From: the human T2T-CHM13v2.0 reference genome, Homo sapiens
Length of the DNA: 64,000 bases
Assembly: GCF_009914755.1 (NCBI RefSeq)
Contig: NC_060932.1
Strand: one strand, 5' to 3'
In this document: positions 1 to 16,702 of the stretch, piece by piece
Layout: each line of letters starts with the position of its first letter
Position numbering within the stretch: position 1 is the stretch's first letter
Made by a program: the position numbers and the translations under genes
The notes under the pieces: model-generated
Told to the model about the DNA's origin: nothing
Database searches by the model: none
The model's input: the letters and a program-made list of their open reading frames with translations, nothing else

Positions 1-94
1 GAGAAAATCTCATGTTTTAATGCCTTAACATTGTTCTTTGCATGCTTTCTTCCTGTGAAACTCTACTATTGCACATCCTTACATGTCAGAATTT

Positions 95-1665
95 TTAATT
101 TTTTTCCAACAACTTACCATGAAAAATTTCAAGCATACAGAAAAGTTGAAAGAATTTTATAGTGAACACCCATATACCCACCATCTAGATGTTACAATTA
201 ACATTTTATCCCATCTATTCCTTTATACATTCATGAATCTATCGTATATTTTATCCACCTCCCTGCCCTTAGGAAGACTTTTTTTCCCACCATGAATTAG
301 TTTTGCTTGTAGATAAACTTCATATTAATGCTATGTAGACTATATTCTTCTGTGTAAGGCATATTTCACTGAGGATAATGTTTTTGAGATTCATTTATGT
401 TGTTGAATGTATCAGATAAATTTTTAGGATATTTCCTAATTTGTGGTTCTTGTTGAAGTGTTTTTGTAGACATATGTTTTCATTACTTTTGGATAAATAC
501 CTGTAAGTGAAATTGCTGGATCGTAGGGCAGGTTTATGTTTATTTTTATGAGAAATTGCCAGGCCTTTTTCCAGAGTGCTTTTATTTTATACTCCCACCA
601 AAAAAGGTATTTTATACCTTTTGGGAGTATTTTATACTCCCACCAAAAAAGGTATAAGAGTTCTGGCCCTCTCTATGTTCACTAACATTTTGTGTTCATT
701 TTATAATATGTAGAGGTAGCTCTCTGTGGTTTTAATTTGCATATCCTTGGTGACTAAAGATGTTAAGCTTTTCCATGTGCTTATTGATCATTCATACATA
801 TTCCTTCATGGACTGTCTGTTCAAATGTTTTGCTCATTTTTAGTATTGGGTTGTTGGATTTTTTTAATCAATAAGTTTTTAAGTTCTGTTTATTCATGCT
901 GGATATGAATTTACTATCTCATCTGTGTTTTGCAAATATTTTCTCCCAGTGTATGCTTGTCTTCTCATTTTCTTCATAATATCTTTTGATGAAAGTTAGT
1001 TTAAAATTTTGATGAAATTGGATTTATCACTTTTAAAATTCTATGATTATTGTCTCTGTGTTTTTTCTAGAATACCTTTGTTTACCTCTAAATATTACAG
1101 ATATTCTGTTTCCTTCTAAAATCTTTATAGGTTTAACTTTTATGTTTAGGTCTATAATCCGTGTTGAATTAATTATTGTATGTGGTATGAAGTGAGGGTT
1201 GACATTCCTTTTAAAAATTTTTTCCATATGGATATCCAGTTTTGCAGTATTAGTTGTTAAACAAAATTTTTTTCCTCAATGGAGTGCTTCAGTGTTTTTG
1301 TAGAAAATCAAGTTATTTCATTTTTGGCTCTGTATTCTGTTCCACTGATCTATTTATTAATCCTTATGTCAGTGCCACACTGCCTTAATTACTATGGATT
1401 TAGAATAAGTATTGAAGATGGGATGTTTAAACCTCTTACCTTTTTTTCTTTCTCAGAGTTGGATTAATATTCTGTGTTCTTTTGTACTTCCATATAAAGT
1501 TAAGAAAGAATCAGCTAGTCAATTATTACAAAAAAGCTTAGTGAAGTTATGATTGGGATTGCATTGAATCTTTAGATCTATTTGGAAAGAATTGACATTT
1601 AACAATATTAGAACTTCCAATTCATGAATACTATATACCTCTTGATTTATTTAGATGTTCTTGCA
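95..1665 (-). mobile_element. Ancient L1M (L1MC/L1ME-like) 3' UTR and ORF2 C-terminal remnant
   Basis: ORF 1033-1227(-) NPHFIPHTIINSTRIIDLNIKVKPIKILEGN resembles L1 ORF2 [31 protein letters not shown]; flanking sequence resembles old L1 3' UTR. Boundaries approximate. Confidence 0.75.
583..655. repeat. Perfect 28-bp direct duplication with an inverted templated spacer
   Basis: tattttatactcccaccaaaaaaggtat at 583-610 and 628-655; spacer 611-627 is built from reverse-complement pieces of the same unit. Confidence 0.9.
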
Positions 1666-2158
1666 GAATCTTAGGACATGTTGCCCTTTGATGTCATGGG
1701 AGCAGGTGGTGTAATCAATAAAACTTAAAGGAGAATATTTTGAGAAATTGTTTTAGGTTAGAAATCCTAATTTCTCACTATAACATTTTCACAATTTTCT
1801 TTCTGTTATTTACTTTTTCCCCTCCAAATGCCTCTATCCTTAATTTATTATAACAACCATTATCCTATGACAGGGAATAACATAACACCAAGAGTAATGA
1901 TTCTACAAATAAAACATATTCTTCCATTTCAGAGTGTTTATTATTGATAGTTTGATTTACTAAGTTCATTTTCATCTTGTAAGCTCTTGGTGTCTTGCAA
2001 AGTAGAGCACTCATCCCAATTCACCTAAAATCATTTAGTGTCCATGGCATCTTGGCATTGAGTAATCACCTAGATCTAAATATGTTTTCCCTTAATTTTC
2101 AACAATATTAGATAAAACAAAGATTCAAAACTATACAAATCCAATATATGACATAGAA

Positions 2159-3560
2159 CAGTGGTTCTCAAAGTGTGATATGTGGACCACTGGCAGTCTC
2201 CAAGACCATTTCAGGATATATGTGAAGTCAAAACTATTTTCATAATCATACTAAGGTTTTATTTGCTTTTTATGGTTTTTTATATTTACATCTGGTGCAG
2301 AAGCAATGCAGGTAAAACACAAGAATAAGGTATTAGCATTAAACTTTTTTTAGTACACATTTTTCACAAGACACATGCAGAAAATAAAAGTCAAGTTGAC
2401 TTAAGGTCTTTAATGAAGCAGTAAAAATTATTAATTTTATTAAGTCTTGACCTTTGAGTACACATTGTTTTAATATCCCGTGTGATGAAATGGGAAGTAC
2501 TAATAGAACACTTCTACATATTGGAGAATGATTGTCCCACAGAACTTGTACAGTTATTTGAATTTTGAGCCAAAGTAGTTGCTTTTTTTCATGGGACTCA
2601 ATTTTTATTTGAAAGAAGTGCCAAACTATTGTTATTTACATTTGGATGTTTGAAGACATTTTCTTGAAATTGAACCAAGTTGAGCCTGTCACTTAAAGGA
2701 AGACAACTGACAGTATTTGTTGCCAATGATAACATTTGAGCTTTCAAGTAAAAATTAGAATTTTGGAAAACTTGTTCACTACCATGAATGTGACAGTATC
2801 TGAAGTTTTGAAGACTTTTCTGATGAGATCAGTGGTGATGTTAATGATATGATTTTTGGATATTGTATGATGTAATATGTTAACATTTAGAATATTTGAA
2901 GAACGTCTTCCAGCTGACCAATGTGTGCTGCTGCAAAATTGCACATGGGTAAAAGACCTATTCAAAGTACAAGAGGGACCAAAAGATTTTAATGTAACAG
3001 AGTACAGAAAGTTCATTGATATGGTTTTGGTTTTTGCATACAGTTAACCTTTCTGAAACGACTACCTGCTGATTTTTGGTATAGCATATACCAAAAGATA
3101 TCTATAATGACCTGAACAAATTATTAAATATTCTTTCCTTTTCCAATCAAATATCTGTGTGAACCCAAATTTTCTTCATTTACTTCAACCAAAGCAATAT
3201 ATTAGGACATGTAGAACACAGAAGCAGATATGAAAATCCAGCCACCTTCTACTAAGCTAGACCTTAAGAGTTGTGCAAAAATATAAAATAATATTATTTT
3301 CTCAGTAAATCTTTTGAGAAATGTGATTACTTTTAATTAATTAATGTTAATATAAACAATACATAACAGATAACTTATGTTAGCATGCAATGGATTTATT
3401 ATTAATAATTAAAAATCAATTTAAAAATAAATAGAAAATTTAATTTCTAAAAAGTAGATAGAAATATATATATAACTTATTAAACAAAAGCACATTGAGA
3501 TCCTCAATAATTTTTACTAATATGAAGGGGTTCTGAGACAAAAAAGTTGGAGAACTGATG
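2159..3560. mobile_element. hAT-Charlie DNA transposon fossil (Charlie1a-like, ~1.4 kb)
   Basis: Starts cagtggttctcaaa and ends ttggagaactgatg (degenerate TIRs); 8-bp flanks acatagaa / aaatagag resemble a hAT TSD; internal sequence matches recalled Charlie1. Confidence 0.8.
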
Positions 3561-3592
3561 AAATAGAGGAAAGACATAGTATTTTAGATGTA

Positions 3593-4231
3593 CAGTTGTT
3601 TCTCATTTTTTTCAGATTCTGTATTTGTGAATTGACTTACCTACTAAAATATATTTGCAACCTCAAAATTAATACTTACAGCACTTTCACGATTATTTTT
3701 GGGCGTGTACATGTGCAGAACAGTGAAAAATTTGAGTAACTCCATGTGGATGCTCCCAGCTGAGGTTCAACAAAGAGGCACTGCCTTTTTGTTTCAACTG
3801 TGATAACTTAACAAATGTCCTTTTTGTGGCCTATTTAGTGCCACATTTTTTTTCATTTTTATGCTCTTTGTTGGTAATTTTGCTATTTAAAATAGCCCCT
3901 AAGTGTAATCTAGCATTCTCAAGACAAGATGTTCCTTATGGAGAAAATACATGTGTTAGTTAAGTTTCATTCAGGCATGAATCATAGTGCTAATGGCTAT
4001 GAGTTCCTTGTTAATCAATCAACAGTATGTATTAAATAAGGCATGTTTAAACAGAAACACACACACAAAAAGCCTATGAGTTGATTGGTTGATGAAAATG
4101 TGATCAGAGGCTGTTAGGAAGCTAACCCTATATATTCCTCCCTGGGAGCAGTAGTTCAGTATTTGCTAATTCATGGTTTATAGCAATTTTATACAACACG
4201 TAAATGGTCTGCAAATAATAAGAATCAACTG
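3593..4231 (-). mobile_element. TcMar-Tigger non-autonomous element (MER82-like)
   Basis: TA|cagttgtttctcatt ... aataagaatcaactg|TA: TIRs with TA duplication; ~640 bp matching recalled MER82 consensus in reverse. Confidence 0.85.
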
Positions 4232-5888
4232 TATTTGTGTTCTCTGATAAAAGGGAATGCAGATTGCTGCTGGATGGCATATCCATAGATACTTATGGAA
4301 ATACAGGATATTAGTAAATTGTAAATGTTTCTAACCTCAAGACAAAGAAAGAAAATATAGACAAAGTAGGTTGGTGATTACTTGGCTTCAAATCTTTAGA
4401 TGTGTTTCTAAGTTGCCTAACCTTCATTTACAATATATAAGTATGTTTCACCTGGCTGCTATCCCTATAAGACATGGGAGAAAGTCCATGAAACCTGGGA
4501 ACAGTTCAGTGAGATTTGAAAGCCAGATAGCTCATGATTATTCATTCTGAGGTAAATTTTTGCCAATGTTCATCTGCATTTTTTTCATTTCTTTTTCTAG
4601 TTGTGCTAAGATTATGTTCTGTGAGTAGATGACCATGTCACATAAATATAAAATGGATGGTATATGCTTCTATAGAATTTAGTGTTATAATTGGTAAAAT
4701 TATAAAAGTCTGATATATGTAATTCTTATTGTGGAAAATTACTACAATAATTTTTATTCTTTATAGACTGTCAAAAGTTTTGCAGAGTTTCTCTTCTCCC
4801 TTTGTTTGTCTTTTAATATTAATATCTATTTGAAGTGTCCATGTTAGCAGATTTGTGATTATGCAATTAATCCTCATCATATAAACACATATTCTAGTTT
4901 ATGTATATTTTCTTACAAATACAGTAAAAGGTACAATTTCTCATCTTATTTGCCATAGTTACAACACAATTTCCAGAAATACAGTGTCTTGTCCCTCACC
5001 CTCAAGTTTTTCATTCAGATTCATGAGATGGGAGAAAGTGTAATAACAATAATTGGCTGTGGGGCCCTGATATCTGAACTTGGCAGAGGGAAGTAAGAAG
5101 AGTTAAGATTTAGAAAAGGATAGACTTACTCTCAAATCTATGAAGTAAGAAGAGAAGTGTTGGGGCTGTGGAAAATTCCAAGAGAGAGACCTAAGCAGTC
5201 ATTTGGATTTGTGCTTAGACATGGCAAACTTCAAATTTAGGAACTGCAGTATAAGAAGATATAATTTTCTGTACTTAGCAGTTGGGTCAGTCAGTTCATT
5301 CTTCTTGGGGAGCAGTGGAGCATCTCAATGGAAGAGATGTAGTTGTTGCTAACCTTAGTGATTTACCTCAACCCTCCAAATAGTATGGTATTTAGTCGTA
5401 GTATAATTTTAAGAAGAAATGAGGACTTCCTCTTCGATCCCATCCCACAGAAAACCTCTTCCATCTTTTTTTTCCTATGAATAAACAGCGGGAGGTTTTT
5501 GTTCTTGTTTTTGGTAACTAATTAACATACCAAGAAGTTACTTTCAATATTTCTCTCTCTTACAAATCATGTTGCTGTGAACACAATGGCTAATTCATGG
5601 ATTGTAGGGCATTTATACCTTTTACACTCTTAGATCTTTCTAACCTAATCTTCTGAAATTTGTCTTAATTTGAACTTATTTTCATATCTTTTTCTTTTAC
5701 AAACAACTTTTATGTACTTCTTAAATAATAAGCCAATTAATTGAATAGGGACAATTTCTAAATTTCATAATTGTTCAAGATATTATCAGTGCTATATGTT
5801 TTATTTTTTGAAATATTTATTTAAGTTGGTATGTGTTTACATGTTATTCACTTGCTTATTGAAATTATTTAACCATAAATAATACTTT

Positions 5889-5936
5889 GCCAATTAATTT
5901 AGGTGATCGCCAATTAATTTAAGTGATCACCAATTA
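5889..5936. repeat. 20-bp tandem repeat, ~2.4 copies (gccaattaattta[g/a]gtgatc)
   Basis: Read directly from the sequence. Confidence 0.85.
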
Positions 5937-6097
5937 AGATGACAGCAAATACTCAAATACTTTATAAACCTTGGGTTTTTGTTTTGTTTTTGTTGTTTTT
6001 TGGTAGAGGTGGTGCACCTTTGCTTAATAGTGAACTGGATTGAATAGGCTTTGCTGAATTACCATGTGGTGAATTAGCTCTCCTCATAAATGTAAAT

Positions 6098-6293
6098 ATC
6101 TCAAATATTAATAATATCTTTGTGTTGGAAACATTCAATATCCTCCTTCTAGCTATTTGAAACTATATGTTATTGTTAACTATAGTGGATATGCTAATTA
6201 CTTTTATCTGATCGTCATACATTATATGTATTGAAACACTACCATGTACTCCTTGTACATGTGCAATTATTACTTGTCAATAAAAAATAAAAA
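6098..6293. mobile_element. Short L1MA 3'-UTR insertion with 5' inversion (minus segment ~6098-6186, plus segment ~6186-6293)
   Basis: Left part is the reverse complement of L1MA actatagttaacaata...aacacaaag...tttgagat; right part is the adjoining sense ggatatgctaatta...tgtcaataaaaaataaaa; aaatatct on both flanks. Confidence 0.7.
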
Positions 6294-7411
6294 TATCTGA
6301 CTGATTCTAAAAAATTACAATTTGACCTGAAATTTAACTTTTTTGTTACATAGTACTGATTCTTGTAAAAATAAAATAATAATAAGAAAAAAGAATAAAA
6401 ACCTATCCAGTCATTTTTTAAAGACACAGCTTAAGCACTTTGCCAAGTAGTTGTTATTTTGTAATAATTGCATCACTAATTTGCTGAGCTCTATTGGAAA
6501 TAATTTATTAGTAAAACATAAAAGAAGATAGTTTCCCCACAATATGAATCTTAATATTTTTTCCATCAAAACAGCGCTGTTATTTCCATAGCATTGTTGT
6601 GTACATGAAGTATTAAAGAAACCAGGAAATGATTTGGATAACAATGTGGTAGAAATTAAATTTGATTCTAAATTCTGGCAGTGGAAAATTAACAAACAGA
6701 TTAAGAACATATGCTTATTTTCTCAGTTGAGCATTCTAATAAAAGAAGATCAAATTTATTGGTAGAAAAGAAGTGCTAATTAATAGAGCATAATAGATAA
6801 TGACCATATTTTCTTTAACTATAGTGAGTTTTAGCTGCATATAAAGTTCTAGTTCTCTGATAGCCTGAGAGAATACACATAGTAGCACAGTTTCAGGCCT
6901 TTCTGCTCTCATGCATAAGACAGCCAAATGCCATCAGGCTTTTTTACTTTCTGGCATGCACATTATTTTCTGTTGGCCTTGTTTCCTCTTGTGTCCCTGT
7001 TTATGCATACCCTTCTGGCTCTGGCTCCATTTAGCCTCCTGCTTCAGGTTCTACTTGTTTTCCTGGCTCTGGCTGTGTTTATTTTCCAGTCTCTGCTTCC
7101 TTTGTCAGCACAGTAGGTCCCACACCTCCTGCCTCTCTGCTTACTTAATGTTCATTTCCTTTTCTCTGTTCAATGTTATACTTTCCTTCTGTCCCTAATA
7201 ATTATCCCTCTCCTTTGAACTCTTTTATATATAGAACTACAGTGATTTGAAACCTATAGGGTGACTAAACAACCTGCCTTTCTGCATCTATGATAGGTAA
7301 CTATAAAGGCACCTCATGTTATTATTTTTTTTTTTATTCACCTGCTATCTGAACCTTATGAATATTCTGAAAGTTGTCCAGAGGTTATAAGCTATAATCA
7401 TCTGTATATAA

Positions 7412-7636
7412 TAGTGTTTTTTAAACCGTGGGTCATGAAATCAATTTGGTGTGAATAAAACTATTAATTAAGAACAAAGATGTAAATTGAAAAGAATAGG
7501 CTATATCCGATATTGCACTTAAAAGTATTATTTTACGGAATTTTATTTTTAATTATATGCATTTCTATAAGTATATATTATATGTAAATGTCTTTCTTGC
7601 TGTGGGTCAAGTTCAAAAAAAGTTTGAATGTAATTG
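7412..7636. mobile_element. Degenerate hAT-Charlie MITE (Charlie18a-like)
   Basis: Ends tagtgttttttaaaccgtgggtc ... tgtgggtcaagttcaaaaaaagtttgaatgtaattg resemble recalled Charlie-type TIR and subterminal motifs. Confidence 0.55.
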
Positions 7637-8724
7637 TATGTAAGATATACTTTTTAGCCTTAGCTGCTTTCATAGTTTACTTATTTGGATCAACCACTTT
7701 ATATGTTTGTGATCAAGTTTAGAAACATTCATAGAAAGCCTTGGAAGAATGGATCTGAACTAAATCAGATTTCCCGTAGAAACCTTTAAATTCCATCACA
7801 ACTTTTGTATGAGCCCCAGAATAACATTACTGTCTCTGAGGTGCTTAGGTCAACTTAATTTAGTAAAACTACTATAAAAACTGGGATTCCAAAGCAATTC
7901 CTGATCATACGGACATTTGAAGCTCTGTTGCAGCTCTTTTGGTCTTGTGCTACATTTAGAAATGAATAGGCTGAGAGACTAAGATGAATGCATTGAAAGA
8001 TGTCAAGATACTGAAATAAATCCTTATTCATCTTCCTATTCGTAATCTTACAAAAATGGAATTCATTGAGGTAATAATTTTATTTGTCAGGAAAATATGC
8101 ACTAGGAGATTTTATACTGTGGCAGGATTATAAATTGGGCAGATTCAAGTGGCAGCAAGTGGTTAATGAATTAATAACAAGTAGTGTTAGAAGCAAAACC
8201 TTACCTCTATACTCTGTCCTGGCGAAGGACATTATTATTTGTTACTTGCCCAATTGGGGAGTGTTCTTTGACATGATGATATAATGGTTTTCAGTGGCAA
8301 GTCTTGATCTCAAAGTCTTCCAAACCAAGAGCATCTCTTCCATAGTTTAAAGTACAGAATTCTGAGGTTTCAACAAATACTTGTTCCAAAAGTAAATAGG
8401 AGATAGAGCTTCTTTTAAAGAAAAGTCCTGGCTTTGCTGACAGGTAGTTCTATGATCTGCTTCTGTCTATAAGGGGGATGACCAAGATAGATAGGATCTT
8501 TATTTTTTTTTTTACAGTAAGTTATTGTTGTTACCATTGATGTATCTGTTAGCTAAAACATATTGATCTTTCTATTAACCCAGAAGATCTACTCCTACTG
8601 CCCTCAACTTTGAATATTTTCTCCTCAATTTTTGCCAAGAGCTAGGGAGAGACAGCTATTAGGCAAAAGTTGTCTGAAAGCCATATTAAAACTCTTCTCC
8701 TTCCTCTTTTTTTCTTCTTAAGAA

Positions 8725-8982
8725 CAACAATAACACTACTGCTACTACTTACAGTTGTACAGCACTTAATATATGAACCAGGACCTTTCATCTGTATTTG
8801 GATTTTATTCAAATACAAATGAATATTTGTATTTGTGAAATAGATACTGTTTTTATTCTCCGTTTTTACAAGTGGGGAAATTCAGGCTCTGAGAGGGAAG
8901 GGAACTGTCCAAGGTATCACAAGTAGTTAGTGATGAAATCAGCATACGAATCTAGTATGTTTGACTCCAGAGTTTGTATTGT
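8725..8982 (-). mobile_element. MIR SINE (its 5' tip continues at ~24240-24268 after a 15-kb insertion)
   Basis: MIR core attctccgtttttacaagtggggaaattcaggctctgagagg...ccaaggtatcaca...tgactccagag. Confidence 0.75.
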
Positions 8983-9041
8983 TTTTATTATATATAATGT
9001 ATATTTTAATATATAAATAAATATATATGTGTATATATATA

Positions 9042-9346
9042 TTTTTTTTCTTTGAGACAAGATCTCACTCTGTTGCCCTGATTGTCATGCAGGGGTGTGA
9101 TCTCTGCTCAATGCAACCCTCACCTCCTGGGCTCAGGTGATCCTCCCACCTCAGCCTCCAGAGTAGCAGGGACTATAGCTGCACACCACCATGCCTGGCT
9201 AATTAATTAATTTTTTTTGTTTTGTTTTGTAGAGACGAGACCTCACTATACTACCCAGGCTGGTCTTGAACTTCTAGGCTCAAGTGATCCTCTTGCCTTG
9301 GCCTCTGAAGTGCTGGGATTACAGGCATGAGCCACTGTACCTGGTC
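9042..9346 (-). mobile_element. AluJ, in the AT-rich tail of the L1MA
   Basis: Dimeric Alu with J diagnostics (gggctcaggtgatcctcccacc, ggctcaagtgatcctc); preceded by a (TA)-rich tract. Confidence 0.9.
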
Positions 9347-9863
9347 ATTTTTTTAATTTTAATTTTTGTGCATACATAGTAAATATATATAGGGTACATG
9401 AGATATTTTGATAAAGCATGCAATGAATAGTAATCACATCATGGAAAATAGGTATCTGTTCCTTCAAGCCTTTATCCTTTGTGTTACAAACCATCCAATT
9501 ATACTCTTGTAGTTATTTAAAAATTTACAATCAAATTATTTTGACTATAGTCACCCTGTTGTGCTATCAAATATGGTCTTACTCATTCTTTCAAACTATT
9601 TTTTGTGTCCATTAATCATCCTCATCTCCGCTAACCCCTCACTACCCTTATCAGCCTTTGATAACCCTCCTTCTACTCTCTATCTCCCACAAATTTTTAC
9701 TTCCCACAAATTTTTACATCCCACAAATGAGTGAGAACATACAATGTTTGTCTTTCCGTGCCTGTCTTACCCCCAGTTGCATCCATGTTGTTGCAGATGA
9801 CAGAATCTCATTCTTTTAGTGGCTGAGTAGTACTCCATTGTGTATAAATGCTACATTTTCTTT

Positions 9864-10167
9864 CTTTCTTTCTTTCTTTTTTCTGAGACAGAGTCTCAGT
9901 CTGTCACCCAGGCTGGAGTGCAGTGGTGCAATCTTGGCTCACTGTAACCTCTGCCTCCTGGGTTCGAGCAATTATCATGCCTCAGCATCCTGAGTAGCTG
10001 GGATTACAGGCATGTGCCACCATGCCTCGCTAATTTTTTGTATTTTTAGTAGACATGGGGTTTTGCCATATTGGCGAGGCTGGTCTTGAACTCCTGACCT
10101 CAAGTGATCCGCATGCCTTGGCCTCCCAAAGTGCTGGGATTACAGGCGTGAGCCACCATGCCTGGCT
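9864..10167 (-). mobile_element. AluS (Sx/Sz-like)
   Basis: Full dimer; TSD acattttcttt on both sides; (TTTC)n tail. Confidence 0.92.
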
Positions 10168-11546
10168 CACATTTTCTTTATCCATTCATCTGTTGATGGA
10201 TGCTTAGGTTGCTTGTAAATCTTGTTTGTTGTGAACAGTGCTACAACAAACATAGGAGTGCAGATCTCTCTTCAATATGCTGATTTCCTTGTTTTGGCTG
10301 TGTAACCATCAGTGGGAGTGCTGAATCATATGGTAGCTCAACATTTTAGTTTTTTTGAGGAACCTGGAAACTGTTCTCCATAGTGGTTGTACTAATTTAC
10401 ATTCTCACCCACAGTGTATGAGGGTTCCCTTTTTTTTCACATCCTCTCCAACATTTGTTATTGCCTGCCTTTTGGATATAAGCCATTTTAACTGTGGTGA
10501 GAGATCCCATTGTAGTTTTGATTTGTATTTCTCTGATGAATTAATCAATGAATCAGTGATGTTGAGCACCTTTTTATAAGCCTGTTTGTCATTTGTATGT
10601 CTTCTTTTGAGAAATGTCTATTCATATCTGCTGCCTATTTTTTAATGGATTATTAGATTCTTTTCCTATAGCGTTGTTTGAGCTCCTTATATATTCTGGG
10701 TATTAACCACTTGTCAGATGCATAGTTTGCAAAATATTTTCTCCCATTCTGTGGGTTGTTGATTCAATTTGTTTATTGTATCCTTTGCTATACAGAAGCT
10801 TTTTAACATGATGTGATCCCATTTGTCCATTTTTGCTTTGGTTGCCCATGCTTATGGTGCATTGTTGAAGTCTCCAGCTATTATTTTATTTGGGCCTCTC
10901 TCTCTCTTTAGCTCCAATAATGTTACCTTTGTATATCTGGGTGTTCCAGTGTTGGTTGCGTATATATTTACAATAATTATATCCTGTTGCTGGATTGAAC
11001 ACTTTATCATATAATGACCTTCTTTGTGTCTTCTTACAGTTTTTATCTTGAAATCTATTTTGTCTGATATAAATATAGTGACTTCTCCTCTTTTTTGGTT
11101 TCCATTGGCATGGAATATCTTTTTTCATCCCTTTATTTTCAGTCTATATGCATATATATAGGTGAAGTGTGTTTCTTGTAGGCAACAGATCATGGAGTTT
11201 TTTTTTCATCTATTCAGCCACTCTGTGTCTTTTGATTGGAAAGTTTAGTCCATTTATATTGTTATTATTGATGAGGACTTACTCCTGAAATTTTGTTATT
11301 TATTTTCTGGTTGTTTAGGGGGTCTTCTCTTTCCTGTCTTTTTTAGTGAAAGTGATTTCCTCTGGTTTTATGATTTACTTTTTGCTTTTTATTTTTTATG
11401 TATCTGTTCTGTTTTTTTCAATTTGAGGTTACTGTGAGGCTTGCAAAGACTTTCTTATAACCTATTATTTTAAACTCATGACAGCTTAACACTGATAGCA
11501 TAAACAAACAAACTTGACAAAATCTAATAAAAATTCTAGCCTTTAA

Positions 11547-11883
<337 letters not shown>

Positions 11884-12811
11884 CATGCTTTTTTAAAGTT
11901 ATGACTTTTATTTTTAGGTTTGGGGTTACGTGTGCAGGTTTTTATATAGGTAAACTGCATGTCATGGGGGTTTGTTGTACAGATTATTTCATCACCTAGG
12001 TAATAAGCATAGTACTTAATAGGTATTTTTTTTCCTGATCCCATCCCTCCTCCCACTCTTCACCCTCAAAGAGGCTCCAGCGTCTTTTGTTCCCCTCCTA
12101 GTATCCATGTATTCTCATTGTTTAGCTCCCACTTACAAGTGAGAACATGCAGTATTTGGCTTTCTGTTCTTGCATTAGTTTGCTTAGGAAAGTGGCTTTC
12201 AGCTCCATCCATATTGCTGCAAAGGATGTGAACTCCTTTTTTATGGCTGGATTGTATTTCATGGTGTATATGTTCTACACTTTCTTCATACAGTGTATCA
12301 TTGATGCACATTTGGGTTGAATCCATGTCTTTGCTACTGTGAATAGTGCTGCAATGACCATACACAAGTATGTCTCTCTATGGTAGAGGAATTTATATTA
12401 ATTCTTTTGGGCATATACTCATTAATGGGATTGCTGGGTCAAATGGTAATTCTGTTTTATGTTATTTGTGTAATTGTCACACTGCTTTCCACAATGGCTG
12501 AAATAATTTACAGTCCCACCAACAATGTATAAGTGTTTCCTTTTCTTAGCAGCCTTGCTAGCATCTGTTATTTTTTGACTTTTTTATTTTTATTTTTTAT
12601 TTTTTTATTATACTTTAAGTTTTAGGGTACATGTGCACATTGTGCAGGTTAGTTACATATGTATACATGTGCCATGCTGGTGCACTGCACCCACTAACTC
12701 GTCATCTAGCATTAGGTATATCTCCCAGTGCTATCCCTCCCCCCTCCCCCCACCCCAACACAGTCCCCAGAGTGTGATATTCCCCTTCCTGTGTCCATGT
12801 GATCTCATTGT

Positions 12812-16654
<3,843 letters not shown>

Positions 16655-16702
16655 TTATTTTGCTCGTTAGTTGATGCAGTTTCTTCCTAGTCTCGATGGT
16701 CT

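Noticed and set aside
4472-4551. Possible + strand exon ending ctgag|gtaaat
   Set aside because: Weak acceptor and stop codons in all three frames; no recognisable peptide.
6911-7198. 95-aa Cys/Leu/Phe-rich ORF resembling a membrane peptide
   Set aside because: Composition follows from pyrimidine-rich sequence; no recognisable homology or gene structure.
8200-8420. Minus-strand donor (atagag|gtaagg) suggesting an antisense exon
   Set aside because: All upstream frames contain stops and no convincing acceptor pairs with it; cannot be supported without transcript data.
8810-8835. 11-bp hairpin caaatacaaat-gaat-atttgtatttg
   Set aside because: Short AT-rich inverted repeat within a MIR; too small for a miRNA precursor and there is no evidence of function.
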